Shown piece after piece: positions 10,949 through 19,814 of a stretch of 64,000 bases of DNA (within the stretch, counting starts at the first letter, position 1; each line of letters begins with the position of its first letter). The position numbers and the translations under genes were made by a program. The notes below the pieces were generated by a model. It saw nothing but the letters and a program-made list of their open reading frames with translations, was not told where the DNA came from and searched no databases. The DNA is from Trypanosoma brucei (taxonomy: Eukaryota): the NCBI GenBank assembly GCA_000002445.1, contig CP000069.1, forward strand, positions 704,001 through 768,000, in the 5' to 3' direction.

Positions 10949-13738
10949 TTGCTTGGACCGGCGATGCTGTGCAGCGGCCGCATTATTCTCAAGAAGAAAT
11001 GGATTCCTCCACTTGGTTACCGGCCGAAGGATTTCGAGAGAAAATTGCGTTCTCCGCGTTCGTCGAAACCGTGGCGCGACCGCCGCGCGGCATCGGGTGG
11101 GCAGATTGAGGTTTCACCGAGTACCGCGGCGACGAACATTCCGCGCGGTGACCTTGTCTTTAGGCCCCCGCTCGGTATTCGTGATGTGCGACCGGGCTCT
11201 CCTTCGGCGCTTCTTCCAACCTTTGGATTTTCAGAAGAGCATCTTGCTGCGCATGCTCTTCCCGCTGCGGGGTCGCAGGTGGAAGGCGGGGATGTGTTAG
11301 CTGTAGCGGACCCACGGTCAGCATCACATCTGACGCTACCATTTGGGAGGGCACTAAACGTTAATGTTGAAGAAATCAAGACATATGAGGAGGGACCTGT
11401 GCCCATACACCTTCAGCAATTCCGGCGTAGTAGGCGGGAAGCAGCCGATTCCATCATTCTACCTCGCCATATTAACCGACTGTTCCATAAAATAATGGGT
11501 TGGTCGGAAGACCTCGTGAAAGTGGAAATGGATGAAGCCCCAACCCCAAACACAGGTGGAGTGCCCTCTGACACCGCGGCAGTGCGTGCGAAGGAAGCAC
11601 AGGAGTCTGAAGTTCCGTTGCTGAGGATGAAATACGATAACGTTGTGGACAAGATGAAGTATGGTGTTCTTCTTGACAATTATGAGAAGGACAAGTTTGC
11701 GATCGAACACCAACTTGAGATTGCTGGCGAGAAGTTCGAGCGGAAGTTCCTTGACTGGGAGGGTATGCATGTTCTCGATCAGGACCCCAGTGCGGCAGTG
11801 CGCGAGGTGCTTGAGAACAAGGCATCAATAGTAATGGAACAACCATCCTCGTTTGCCATACCTGTAGTGAATCGTGACTGCTGCCGCGGGTGTGGTGCGC
11901 TTCTGCAGGACCAAGATGAGAACTCTTTCGGGTATGTGCGGAAAGGTGATGTGGAGCGGTACATCATTGAGAAACAACAGAAAATGAGGGCGCGTGCTGA
12001 GTACGCGGATCGAATGTCTGAGCTGCAGGCGCACTGGCGGAAACATGGTCGGCGTGTGGGCGAGGAGTGGCTGGATTTTATGACCCAGGAGGAATTTGAT
12101 GCCTTTTACCGAGATAGGAACGCGCCGTTTGTATGCCACCGCTGCCACGCGCTAGAGAACCTCGGGGTGGAGGGGCGGCGTCGCATATGGTCAGCACCGG
12201 ACTTCACTGACAAGTTGCGTGCCCTTCGTGAGAAGAAATGTGTAGTGGTTCTTGTTGTTGACGTAACAGATTTTCCTGGGACTATGGTGTATGACCTCCC
12301 GGGCCTCATATCGATGAACAATGATGTGATAATTGCTGTGAATAAGATGGATTGTGTTAGGAATCGCTCCTTCAACTACCGAGGCAAGGATCGTGCGGTC
12401 GCTGCTTGCCTTGTGACCGAGCGGTACGTGAGACGGTGGGTGACTGGGATCGCCGTTCAGTTTGGACTACCACGTCACCAGATAAAGGACGTGATTCCTT
12501 TGTCTGCGAAGCGTGGTTGGAATGTAGAGGCTCTAATAGCGGCTGTGGAGGAGGCCTCCAACCTCAACCTTCGGCGACCAACAAAACCCATACCGACGTA
12601 TTTCGTTGGTGTTGCGAATGTTGGGAAGTCCTCCGTTATTAACGCCATTGCCCACAAACTGTATGTGCCTCTGCCACCCCACCCGGAGAGTCGGAAGGTA
12701 TACTACACGAAGAAGGCACCGGATGGAAGTGAGTCTGTTTTCTGGCGGTGGTACACACCTCCTAATGTGAACCAGGCGGAAATGATTGACATTCCATCTC
12801 GGCACGACAAGAAAGCCTCGAAGCTGGTAACTACCTCCTCCTTGCCTGGTACCACGGTTGACGCTGTTGCAGTGCGCGTTTCGCTGAGTAAAGGCGCGGA
12901 GAAGGGCCGTGCACATCTGTTCGACACACCCGGCCTCCTTCCGCATTGGCACCGTCACTCACCCCTGACGCTACTACAGATGCGACGCACCCTCATTCGC
13001 AAGTTCCGCAATCCTCAGTGCTTTATCCTGGTGCCTGGGAACACATTGTTTCTCGGAGGCCTCTGTGCCGTGGACGTAGTGAAAGGAACGTCGCGCGGGA
13101 TGCTTTTCATGGTTTACACGTCGCAGAAGGTACGTAACGCCATCATTAACACAGACCGGTCGGATGAGTTTTGGAGGGAACAACTTGGTCGTGCGCTTGA
13201 CCCACCCGGATCTGTGGAACAAGTTGGTGATCTTCGGCTCACGGAGTCGAGGAGCTATTTGTTTGAATGCTACCAGCGTAACCGAAAGCGGCCAAAGGCG
13301 GATATCTATTTCTGCGGACTTGGCTGGGTTGCGTTCTGTGTGAATGAGCCCGCAGATGTGGTACTGCGTGTGCGGACCTTACCGGGAGTAGTGCATGGTG
13401 TGCGCGAACCGTTGCGGTACAAGGACCTACTGGCATTTAAAGGGTGGCCGAAACTGCGGCGTCGTTTCACTTCTGCCGGTGTTCCTAATGACGAGGAGGA
13501 TGATGACAACTCCATTGCCACCGTTGTACGACTGACTGCTGGAGGTGGTGCTTGTGGGTTATCCGCTGCACCTGTGTGCGGCTCACCGGAAGAAGATGTT
13601 GATGGTCCTGCAGTACGGGTTGTTCGCAAGTCGGTCTTGCCGAAACCCATTCCGGCGTCGTCCACTCCTTTCGACGGCGTTGTTGAGGAACTGAGCCTAT
13701 CGGGACAAGCGGGAGGCGGTACGGGTGCGGGGATGTGA
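10949..13738 (+). CDS. circularly permuted GTPase of the YqeH/NOA1 family (copy 1), a likely mitochondrial ribosome-assembly factor
   Basis: N-terminal zinc knuckle CCRGCGALLQDQDENSFGY...CHRCH as in YqeH. GTPase motifs occur in permuted order: G4 NKMD, G1 GVANVGKSSVINAI, and G3 DTPGL. Confidence 0.75.
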   Translation: MLGPAMLCSGRIILKKKWIPPLGYRPKDFERKLRSPRSSKPWRDRRAASGGQIEVSPSTAATNIPRGDLVFRPPLGIRDVRPGSPSALLPTFGFSEEHLAAHALPAAGSQVEGGDVLAVADPRSASHLTLPFGRALNVNVEEIKTYEEGPVPIHLQQFRRSRREAADSIILPRHINRLFHKIMGWSEDLVKVEMDEAPTPNTGGVPSDTAAVRAKEAQESEVPLLRMKYDNVVDKMKYGVLLDNYEKDKFAIEHQLEIAGEKFERKFLDWEGMHVLDQDPSAAVREVLENKASIVMEQPSSFAIPVVNRDCCRGCGALLQDQDENSFGYVRKGDVERYIIEKQQKMRARAEYADRMSELQAHWRKHGRRVGEEWLDFMTQEEFDAFYRDRNAPFVCHRCHALENLGVEGRRRIWSAPDFTDKLRALREKKCVVVLVVDVTDFPGTMVYDLPGLISMNNDVIIAVNKMDCVRNRSFNYRGKDRAVAACLVTERYVRRWVTGIAVQFGLPRHQIKDVIPLSAKRGWNVEALIAAVEEASNLNLRRPTKPIPTYFVGVANVGKSSVINAIAHKLYVPLPPHPESRKVYYTKKAPDGSESVFWRWYTPPNVNQAEMIDIPSRHDKKASKLVTTSSLPGTTVDAVAVRVSLSKGAEKGRAHLFDTPGLLPHWHRHSPLTLLQMRRTLIRKFRNPQCFILVPGNTLFLGGLCAVDVVKGTSRGMLFMVYTSQKVRNAIINTDRSDEFWREQLGRALDPPGSVEQVGDLRLTESRSYLFECYQRNRKRPKADIYFCGLGWVAFCVNEPADVVLRVRTLPGVVHGVREPLRYKDLLAFKGWPKLRRRFTSAGVPNDEEDDDNSIATVVRLTAGGGACGLSAAPVCGSPEEDVDGPAVRVVRKSVLPKPIPASSTPFDGVVEELSLSGQAGGGTGAGM

Positions 13739-14409
13739 GTCTGGCGTGCTACCGTTTGTGCGGAGAACCGACCGACCTTTGTGGGTATAACACAATGCAC
13801 TGATGTTTGATTCATCCTTTTTCATGTTGTCCCAACCGACTTACTTGTTCCGCTCCGTTCCGTTCTGTTGCGTTGTGCTGCTGATACTGCAATTTCTTTC
13901 TCGTCGCTTTTGTTGTCAATTTTCTTTATCGTGCTGCGGTGATCTGCAATGGAGGGGTATGCCGTCGCTGGGGATAGACGTTTGCATTTACATGGATAGT
14001 GTTTTCATAGCTGTTCTACCCCTGTTTCTGGAGACGCGGCATTGCTGTTGGCGTTACTTTATATGATTAGTTTTGGTTGTGTTCTGGGGGTGGATGTGCG
14101 ATGGACGGGTGTGCTGTCTGTCACCGAAGGCCGATGCGTTTTGGTACGCCGTGACTGATGTTACTGTTATTTTTTTAAAGGTTGCGTTGAGTTTCTATCG
14201 CCTTGATGTGTGTTGTTAGTGTCTTTTATTTTTGTTGTGTCACTCTTATTTTGCTGATTACTGCTTTATAGTGTAGCAGTTGTCATTCTCGATATCCTTT
14301 CTCCTTGATCTACTTCATTACGTGTAATATTACCCTGGTGGGATAACTCTGCCCAAGGCCGATAGTTATAACGCTAACAAGAATCATCTACTTTCAGTCA
14401 TCTAAAGGT

Positions 14410-15453
14410 TTGCAAATGTCATCCGCTCCTCTGAGGGTATACGTTCAGTGTAATCCATTACTTGACGTCTCGGCTCACGTGTCCGACGAATTTTTGGTCA
14501 AGTATGGTTTGGAGCGCGGTACGGCCATCTTGTTGTCTGAGCGCCAGAAAGGAATATTCGACGATATCGAGAAAATGCCCAATGTGCGGTATGTCCCTGG
14601 TGGATCTGGCTTGAACGTGGCGCGCGTTGCGCAGTGGATGCAGCAAGCGTATAAGGGGAAGTTTGTTACATATGTTGGCTGCATTGCAGATGATCGGTAC
14701 GGCAAGGTTCTGAAGGAAGCTGCCGAGCATGAAGGAATTGTGATGGCTGTTGAGCATACGACGAAAGCAGGGAGTGGTGCGTGTGCAGTTTGTATCACCG
14801 GCAAGGAACGCACTCTTGTTGCTGATCTTGGTGCAGCAAATCACCTCTCCAGTGAGCATATGCGCTCCCCTGCTGTCGTGAGGGCGATGGATGAATCCAG
14901 AATTTTCTATTTCTCCGGTTTCACGTTGACAGTTGACGTTAATCACGTTCTTCAGGCGTGCAGAAAGGCTCGTGAGGTGGATGGACTTTTTATGATCAAC
15001 TTATCGGCCCCTTTTATTATGCAATTCTTTTCCGCGCAACTTGGGGAGGTTCTGCCCTATACTGATATAATTGTGGCCAACCGACATGAGGCAAAGGAGT
15101 TTGCCAACATGATGAAGTGGGATACGGACTGTGTCGAGGAGATTGCAAGGCGAGCAGTATCTGAGGTTCCTTACACAGGCACAAAAGGTCGTGTTGTTGT
15201 GTTCACTCGTGATATTGAACCTACTGTAATTGCAACTAAGGATGGTGTGGAGACGGTTCCTGTACCTCAGTTAGATCAGGACAAAGTAATTGACATGAAT
15301 GGTGCTGGGGATGCATTTGTGGGTGGATTTTTGAGTGCTTATGCCGTTGGTAAGGATTTGCGGCGCTGTTGCGAAACTGGCCACTACACAGCACAAGAGG
15401 TTATCCAGCAAGACGGTTGCTCGTTCCCCGAGAAGCCCAGTTTCTCTCCTTGA
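14410..15453 (+). CDS. ADK: adenosine kinase (PfkB/ribokinase family), upstream tandem copy
   Basis: N-terminal PfkB motif GGSGLNVARVAQ and C-terminal motif DMNGAGDAFVGGFL. The 347-aa length is typical. T. brucei is known to carry tandem AK genes. Confidence 0.9.
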   Translation: MQMSSAPLRVYVQCNPLLDVSAHVSDEFLVKYGLERGTAILLSERQKGIFDDIEKMPNVRYVPGGSGLNVARVAQWMQQAYKGKFVTYVGCIADDRYGKVLKEAAEHEGIVMAVEHTTKAGSGACAVCITGKERTLVADLGAANHLSSEHMRSPAVVRAMDESRIFYFSGFTLTVDVNHVLQACRKAREVDGLFMINLSAPFIMQFFSAQLGEVLPYTDIIVANRHEAKEFANMMKWDTDCVEEIARRAVSEVPYTGTKGRVVVFTRDIEPTVIATKDGVETVPVPQLDQDKVIDMNGAGDAFVGGFLSAYAVGKDLRRCCETGHYTAQEVIQQDGCSFPEKPSFSP

Positions 15454-16110
15454 TGTTTTTTCACGTAAACACTTTGTTTAAAAATGTTATGTAACATAAA
15501 ATATATGTTGGTTTTTATCTTTTTTCTTTTCGGTTTCTGGTAAGTAAAGTTTAATGGGAAATATGGCGTAAGCGATATCATATCACTTTGTCTGAGGGAA
15601 GAAAGAATGAGGTCATAAATGGCAGATGGTAACAGTGTAATATCTTGAGTTGCTATCTATATTACCTTGTTTGTTTAAAAAAGGAGTTTGAAAGTGATGA
15701 TGCTGGTTGATTCACATCGTGTTTTTTTCACACTTTCTTTATTTCCTTTATCCTTCTTTTTTTTTCATAAAAGATGATTACATCCTATATTATGAGGGTT
15801 CAATATTATTGTTTCTACTTGTTGAGTTGTTTACGCTTGTATATCTACTCGTTTATTCCCAGGTGTGTACGCAGGCGGTGAGGAGGGTTGTAAGAAAACG
15901 GTAACGTAACAATTCTAACGGTTCCACATTTTTGCCTTTTTTTTTAAAGAATATATTAGGTCATGATGTTGTGCAGTTTTTGTTGAAGAGGGACATTTAC
16001 TTTATCTTCGATTACTCTTTTGAAGCACTAACGATGTAATGACCTGCCTCGCATAACACTACACTGAGCAAACTTGCTCACGTGAAGAATAAACGAATTC
16101 TGTATTTTGA

Positions 16111-16510
16111 TTGTGTCTGTGCCGTGGACGTAGTGAAAGGAACGTCGCGCGGGATGCTTTTCATGGTTTACACGTCGCAGAAGGTACGTAACGCCATCAT
16201 TAACACAGACCGGTCGGATGAGTTTTGGAGGGAACAACTTGGTCGTGCGCTTGACCCACCCGGATCTGTGGAACAAGTTGGTGATCTTCGGCTCACGGAG
16301 TCGAGGAGCTATTTGTTTGAATGCTACCAGCGTAACCGAAAGCGGCCAAAGGCGGATATCTATTTCTGCGGACTTGGCTGGGTTGCGTTCTGTGTGAATG
16401 AGCCCGCAGATGTGGTACTGCGTGTGCGGACCTTACCGGGAGTAGTGCATGGTGTGCGCGAACCGTTGCGGTACAAGGACCTACTGGCATTTAAAGGGTG
16501 GCCGAAACTG
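16111..16510 (+). pseudogene. 400-bp internal fragment of the YqeH-like GTPase gene, a third copy of 13070-13449, sitting at the duplication junction. It is part of the chimeric ORF 16082-16582.
   Basis: The ORF 16082-16582 translation (CAVDVVKGTSRGMLFMVYTSQ...LLAFKGWPKL) is identical to GTPase residues encoded at 13070-13449. It is then fused in frame to sequence homologous to 7645 onwards. There is no start context or N-terminal domain. Confidence 0.85.
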
Positions 16511-16909
16511 CATTTATATTGTATGCATGGAAAGATGCACTTAATGTGGTTCGGTTTGTGTATTTCTAATTTGCTGCTGTAGTTGCTGACGTTTGTGGGC
16601 ACTCGATAGTATTCTGTGTTTCGTATGAGGACCCCTACGTCTCTTCTTCCTTTCTTTGGCTCACGTTATCTGTAGGTTGTGCTGTACGCTCTGCCTTGAC
16701 TGCTACTCGTATTGTTAGTCGGTTGTCGTTTTCACCCGTTACACTGCTGCCCTATATATATATATTGGCTTCGGTCCCACACTTTACTACATTATTTGTT
16801 AACCTACTGCTGTGATGCCCCTTCTATCATAGGAAAGGTATTATTAAGAAAAAGGCGTGGCGCGGGTGCCCCACTTCGTGGAAGAGAGTGGTTCTTAACG
16901 AATTAAGCT

Positions 16910-17476
16910 ATGCGGGCGTGGAGTAACCTGCTAGCGTCTGTGACGATGGCGCCGTTTTTTCTGCTATGTTTTGTCTGCTCTTGCGTTTGGCCCGCCGTAG
17001 CTACTGCGGGAAGCATTCCCCTTGCTGTTGTGGGCAGTGTCATCACTTCAGAGGATGCGTACCGTTTTATTGAGGTTCAAGCTGTCGACGGCGCCACAGG
17101 AGCTGTTGTGCGCTCCGTGCCACTGGATGCAACGCTTACCTTTACTTTTCACGGTCTACCCCAAACTGTAAGTGAGGTGCGGCTCTTGCCGAGGCTGCCT
17201 GAGCGGCGGTTTCGTCTCGATAGCAGTGCCTCTGTACTCACTGCGCCTTTGCGGACAAAAGATGGGGATGGGTGGCTCCACTTATCCGCGATTGTAGAGC
17301 AGCAAGATGGTTCACAAGCAGGGGATCAATTACCTGGGAGTATAAGTGCGGCAGTTATGGCAGCGATGATTATTGCCCTTGCGGTGATTGGCCGATATCG
17401 ATTGTTGTCGCTGTTTCAGTTTCCGGCTCCAAAACCGCCGAAGTTGCGTCGTGTAGCTGTGGCAGTGAATCGGTAA
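16910..17476 (+). CDS. hypothetical type-I membrane protein (copy 2)
   Basis: Translation identical to 8044-8610. Confidence 0.5.
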   Translation: MRAWSNLLASVTMAPFFLLCFVCSCVWPAVATAGSIPLAVVGSVITSEDAYRFIEVQAVDGATGAVVRSVPLDATLTFTFHGLPQTVSEVRLLPRLPERRFRLDSSASVLTAPLRTKDGDGWLHLSAIVEQQDGSQAGDQLPGSISAAVMAAMIIALAVIGRYRLLSLFQFPAPKPPKLRRVAVAVNR

Positions 17477-17883
17477 GGCGAGTTTATGGACACGTGTGTG
17501 TTCTTGACTTTTCTCACATTCGTATTGCGGTGTGCTGTTGCGAGCATTTTGCATTTTCTGGTGTTGGTGTTGGTGTTGGTGCTGGGTATAGGGGTGCTAC
17601 TGCTTGTTTATATGTATGTGTGCGTGTAACTCTCACTAGCATATGAACTCGAGTACTTTCTTCCTGCCTCTGCTGCTCGTCTGTTATCATGAAGCAGGTA
17701 CCTCCTAACTCCACTGAGTTTGTAATTGGGCGCATTTTAACCTTCCTGTTGCGTTGCCACTGTAACAGCACTGTACCCCTTTCCTTCACTTCTGTGCATA
17801 TGTGCGTGCCAACAACTTTCCGACGACCCGCTGTCTTGTAGAAAGTAGCAACAGGTGAGCCCGTCACGCCTTCTCCCCTGACG

Positions 17884-18636
17884 ATGCCCGCACGTGGCTG
17901 TGCCCCTGTTGATGAGCAGATCGCTGGGACAGACACGGAAGGACGACGCTACAGGTCAGTGGAGGAGATGTGGGGACGCGAGTTGCAGGGTAACTTGTAC
18001 GACGCGAAGACAGGGTGGTATGGTAAGTCTCTCCAGTACTGGGGCAGCGTTCCGGCTACCGTCAGCGGTGTACTGGGCGGTATGGATCATGTGCATGATA
18101 TCGACATCCGTGATTCACGCGCTTTCATATGCTGCTTGCCGGAGCGCGGCACTACACGTGCACTTGACTGCGGTGCCGGTATTGGTCGAATCACCAAGTC
18201 CCTTTTGTGCCACTTATACGATGTGACAGATCTTCTGGAACCGGTGGCAAGCATGCTGGAGAAGGCGAAAGAGGAACTTGAGGGGTTTCCAGTGGGCGAT
18301 TTCTTTCAGTCGTCGATGGAGACAGCGAAGCTTCAACCGAAGACATACGACCTCATTGTTATTCAATGGGCGGCGATCTATCTGACAGACGAGGACTTTG
18401 TTGCTTTCTTGGTACGCTGCAAGGAGGCACTGACACCGAAGGGGTACATATTCTTCAAGGAGAATTGCGCGTCTGACGACGAGTTCATTGTTGACAAGGA
18501 GGACAGTAGCCTGACGCGATCCGACAAGCACTACAAGCGTATATTTGCCGCTGCCGGTATTGAGGTTGTTAAGGAGGCTATGCAAGGCGATTGGCCTGAT
18601 GATCTGCTGAAGGTGAAGATGTACGCACTACGCTAA
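17884..18636 (+). CDS. alpha N-terminal protein methyltransferase NTMT1 family (copy 2)
   Basis: Translation identical to 9018-9770. Confidence 0.8.
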   Translation: MPARGCAPVDEQIAGTDTEGRRYRSVEEMWGRELQGNLYDAKTGWYGKSLQYWGSVPATVSGVLGGMDHVHDIDIRDSRAFICCLPERGTTRALDCGAGIGRITKSLLCHLYDVTDLLEPVASMLEKAKEELEGFPVGDFFQSSMETAKLQPKTYDLIVIQWAAIYLTDEDFVAFLVRCKEALTPKGYIFFKENCASDDEFIVDKEDSSLTRSDKHYKRIFAAAGIEVVKEAMQGDWPDDLLKVKMYALR

Positions 18637-19010
18637 GCAGTTGGTCCTCCCACCGGTTGTTGATGTGTTCTCACTTCTTGTTGGCGCATTGCTGTTGTCG
18701 TCACTTTGTTTTGTTGTTCTTTGCATGGTTTATTTTTTTCAATTAGAGGCCACTACCTCTGCGTTGCCATCGCTTGGCTTACCCTAACGGTGGCACTGCC
18801 AACCCTCGTACTCGTCACACGGTGGTCTTCTACCTCTGCATGAATTTTTTGTGTTATTTTTCTTAATGTCCGACTATTTATTGTTGTTACGTCCCTTAGC
18901 TACTTTTGTGTGTGTTTAGTGTTGTTACTTTTGTAGCGGGTAAATCAATTCACGGTTATCAGGTTAAATAGGGGTAGCCATAATCAGGACTCTGGTGTGT
19001 AAAGGCGTGC

Positions 19011-19457
19011 GTGCGTAGACAGAGAGATTACATCGAGATGTCTGCACTTGCGGAGGCCGAGCGCATGGAGCGCGAAAAAGCCCTTATGGAGGGACAGCAG
19101 CGGGTGGACATGCTCCGTGAGACGGTACGTATAATGGCGAATCGGCAAGCCGTTCTCGTCGGGACGAAGCGCCGTCTGCAAATTTCCACCGGAGAGTTGC
19201 AGCGTCTCTCTTCTGACCACTGTGTGTATGAGAGTGTGGGCCGCGTGTTTCTCCGGACACCGGTGCCGGCGTTCATAGAGAAGCAGATGGAGGCTGCAGA
19301 GAGGTGCGAGGCCGAAGAGAAGCGGCTGATGAGTGAGAAGCAGAGAGTTGTGGAGCAACTGCAGAAGGATGAAGTGCAGCTCCGTGAAGCAGCACAGCAG
19401 TACATGGCTGAAATGAGTGCCCGTCGGCAGTTACAACAGCAGCAGCAGAAACAGTAA
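19011..19457 (+). CDS. prefoldin beta-like protein (copy 2)
   Basis: Translation identical to 10145-10591. Confidence 0.45.
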   Translation: MRRQRDYIEMSALAEAERMEREKALMEGQQRVDMLRETVRIMANRQAVLVGTKRRLQISTGELQRLSSDHCVYESVGRVFLRTPVPAFIEKQMEAAERCEAEEKRLMSEKQRVVEQLQKDEVQLREAAQQYMAEMSARRQLQQQQQKQ

Positions 19458-19814
19458 CAGCTACGCTCTGCCCGCAATCGGCGTTCTAGGTATCTGCCGA
19501 TATTGTGCATTTCTGTTGTCTGAGGTGTGCGCTACAGAATGTGCTGCTTTGGAGTGCGGCACCCTATCAGCAAGGGTCCGTTCCAAGTAGTTTTGGCGTG
19601 CGTGTGTGAGTTTGACTGTGATGCATGGGACACCGTATAATTTAACGTCTCAGTCACTGGTGATTTCTAGGTCTGTTTTCATTTGTGTGTACCCTGTTTT
19701 CTGTTTCCATTCCTGTTCTGGGTACATCTTCCTCTTTTGTTTCTCAAACCCGTTATGTGAACGTGGGGAGGAAGGGAGTGTGTGGCACTCGGTCGGTTGC
19801 GTTGAAGGTGAGGT

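Larger units (their letters stand above)
7645..15219 (+). repeat. Segmental duplication copy 1. It is an 8,866-bp unit carrying a membrane protein, NTMT, a prefoldin-like protein, a YqeH-like GTPase and the 5' 85 % of ADK. All ORFs at least 60 aa on both strands translate identically to those of copy 2.
   Basis: Every track ORF of at least 60 aa between 7846 and 14946, on either strand, recurs with identical translation at an offset of exactly +8866. Spot-checked nucleotide stretches at both ends are identical. The first nucleotide difference is at 15220, compared with 24086. Confidence 0.95.

Noticed and set aside
11017-13815. Numerous 60-170-aa minus-strand ORFs (e.g. 11017-11406, 12533-12958, 13306-13815, 26082-26576, 50174-50533)
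   Set aside because: All are embedded antisense in long + strand genes with clear domain content. This is a GC-rich coding-region artefact, and no conserved motifs are present.
16028-16276. Minus-strand ORF MFHRSGWVKRTTKLF… (also at 12974-13222 and 21840-22088)
   Set aside because: It is antisense to the GTPase coding sequence and is repeated only because the underlying DNA is repeated. It is an antisense-frame artefact.
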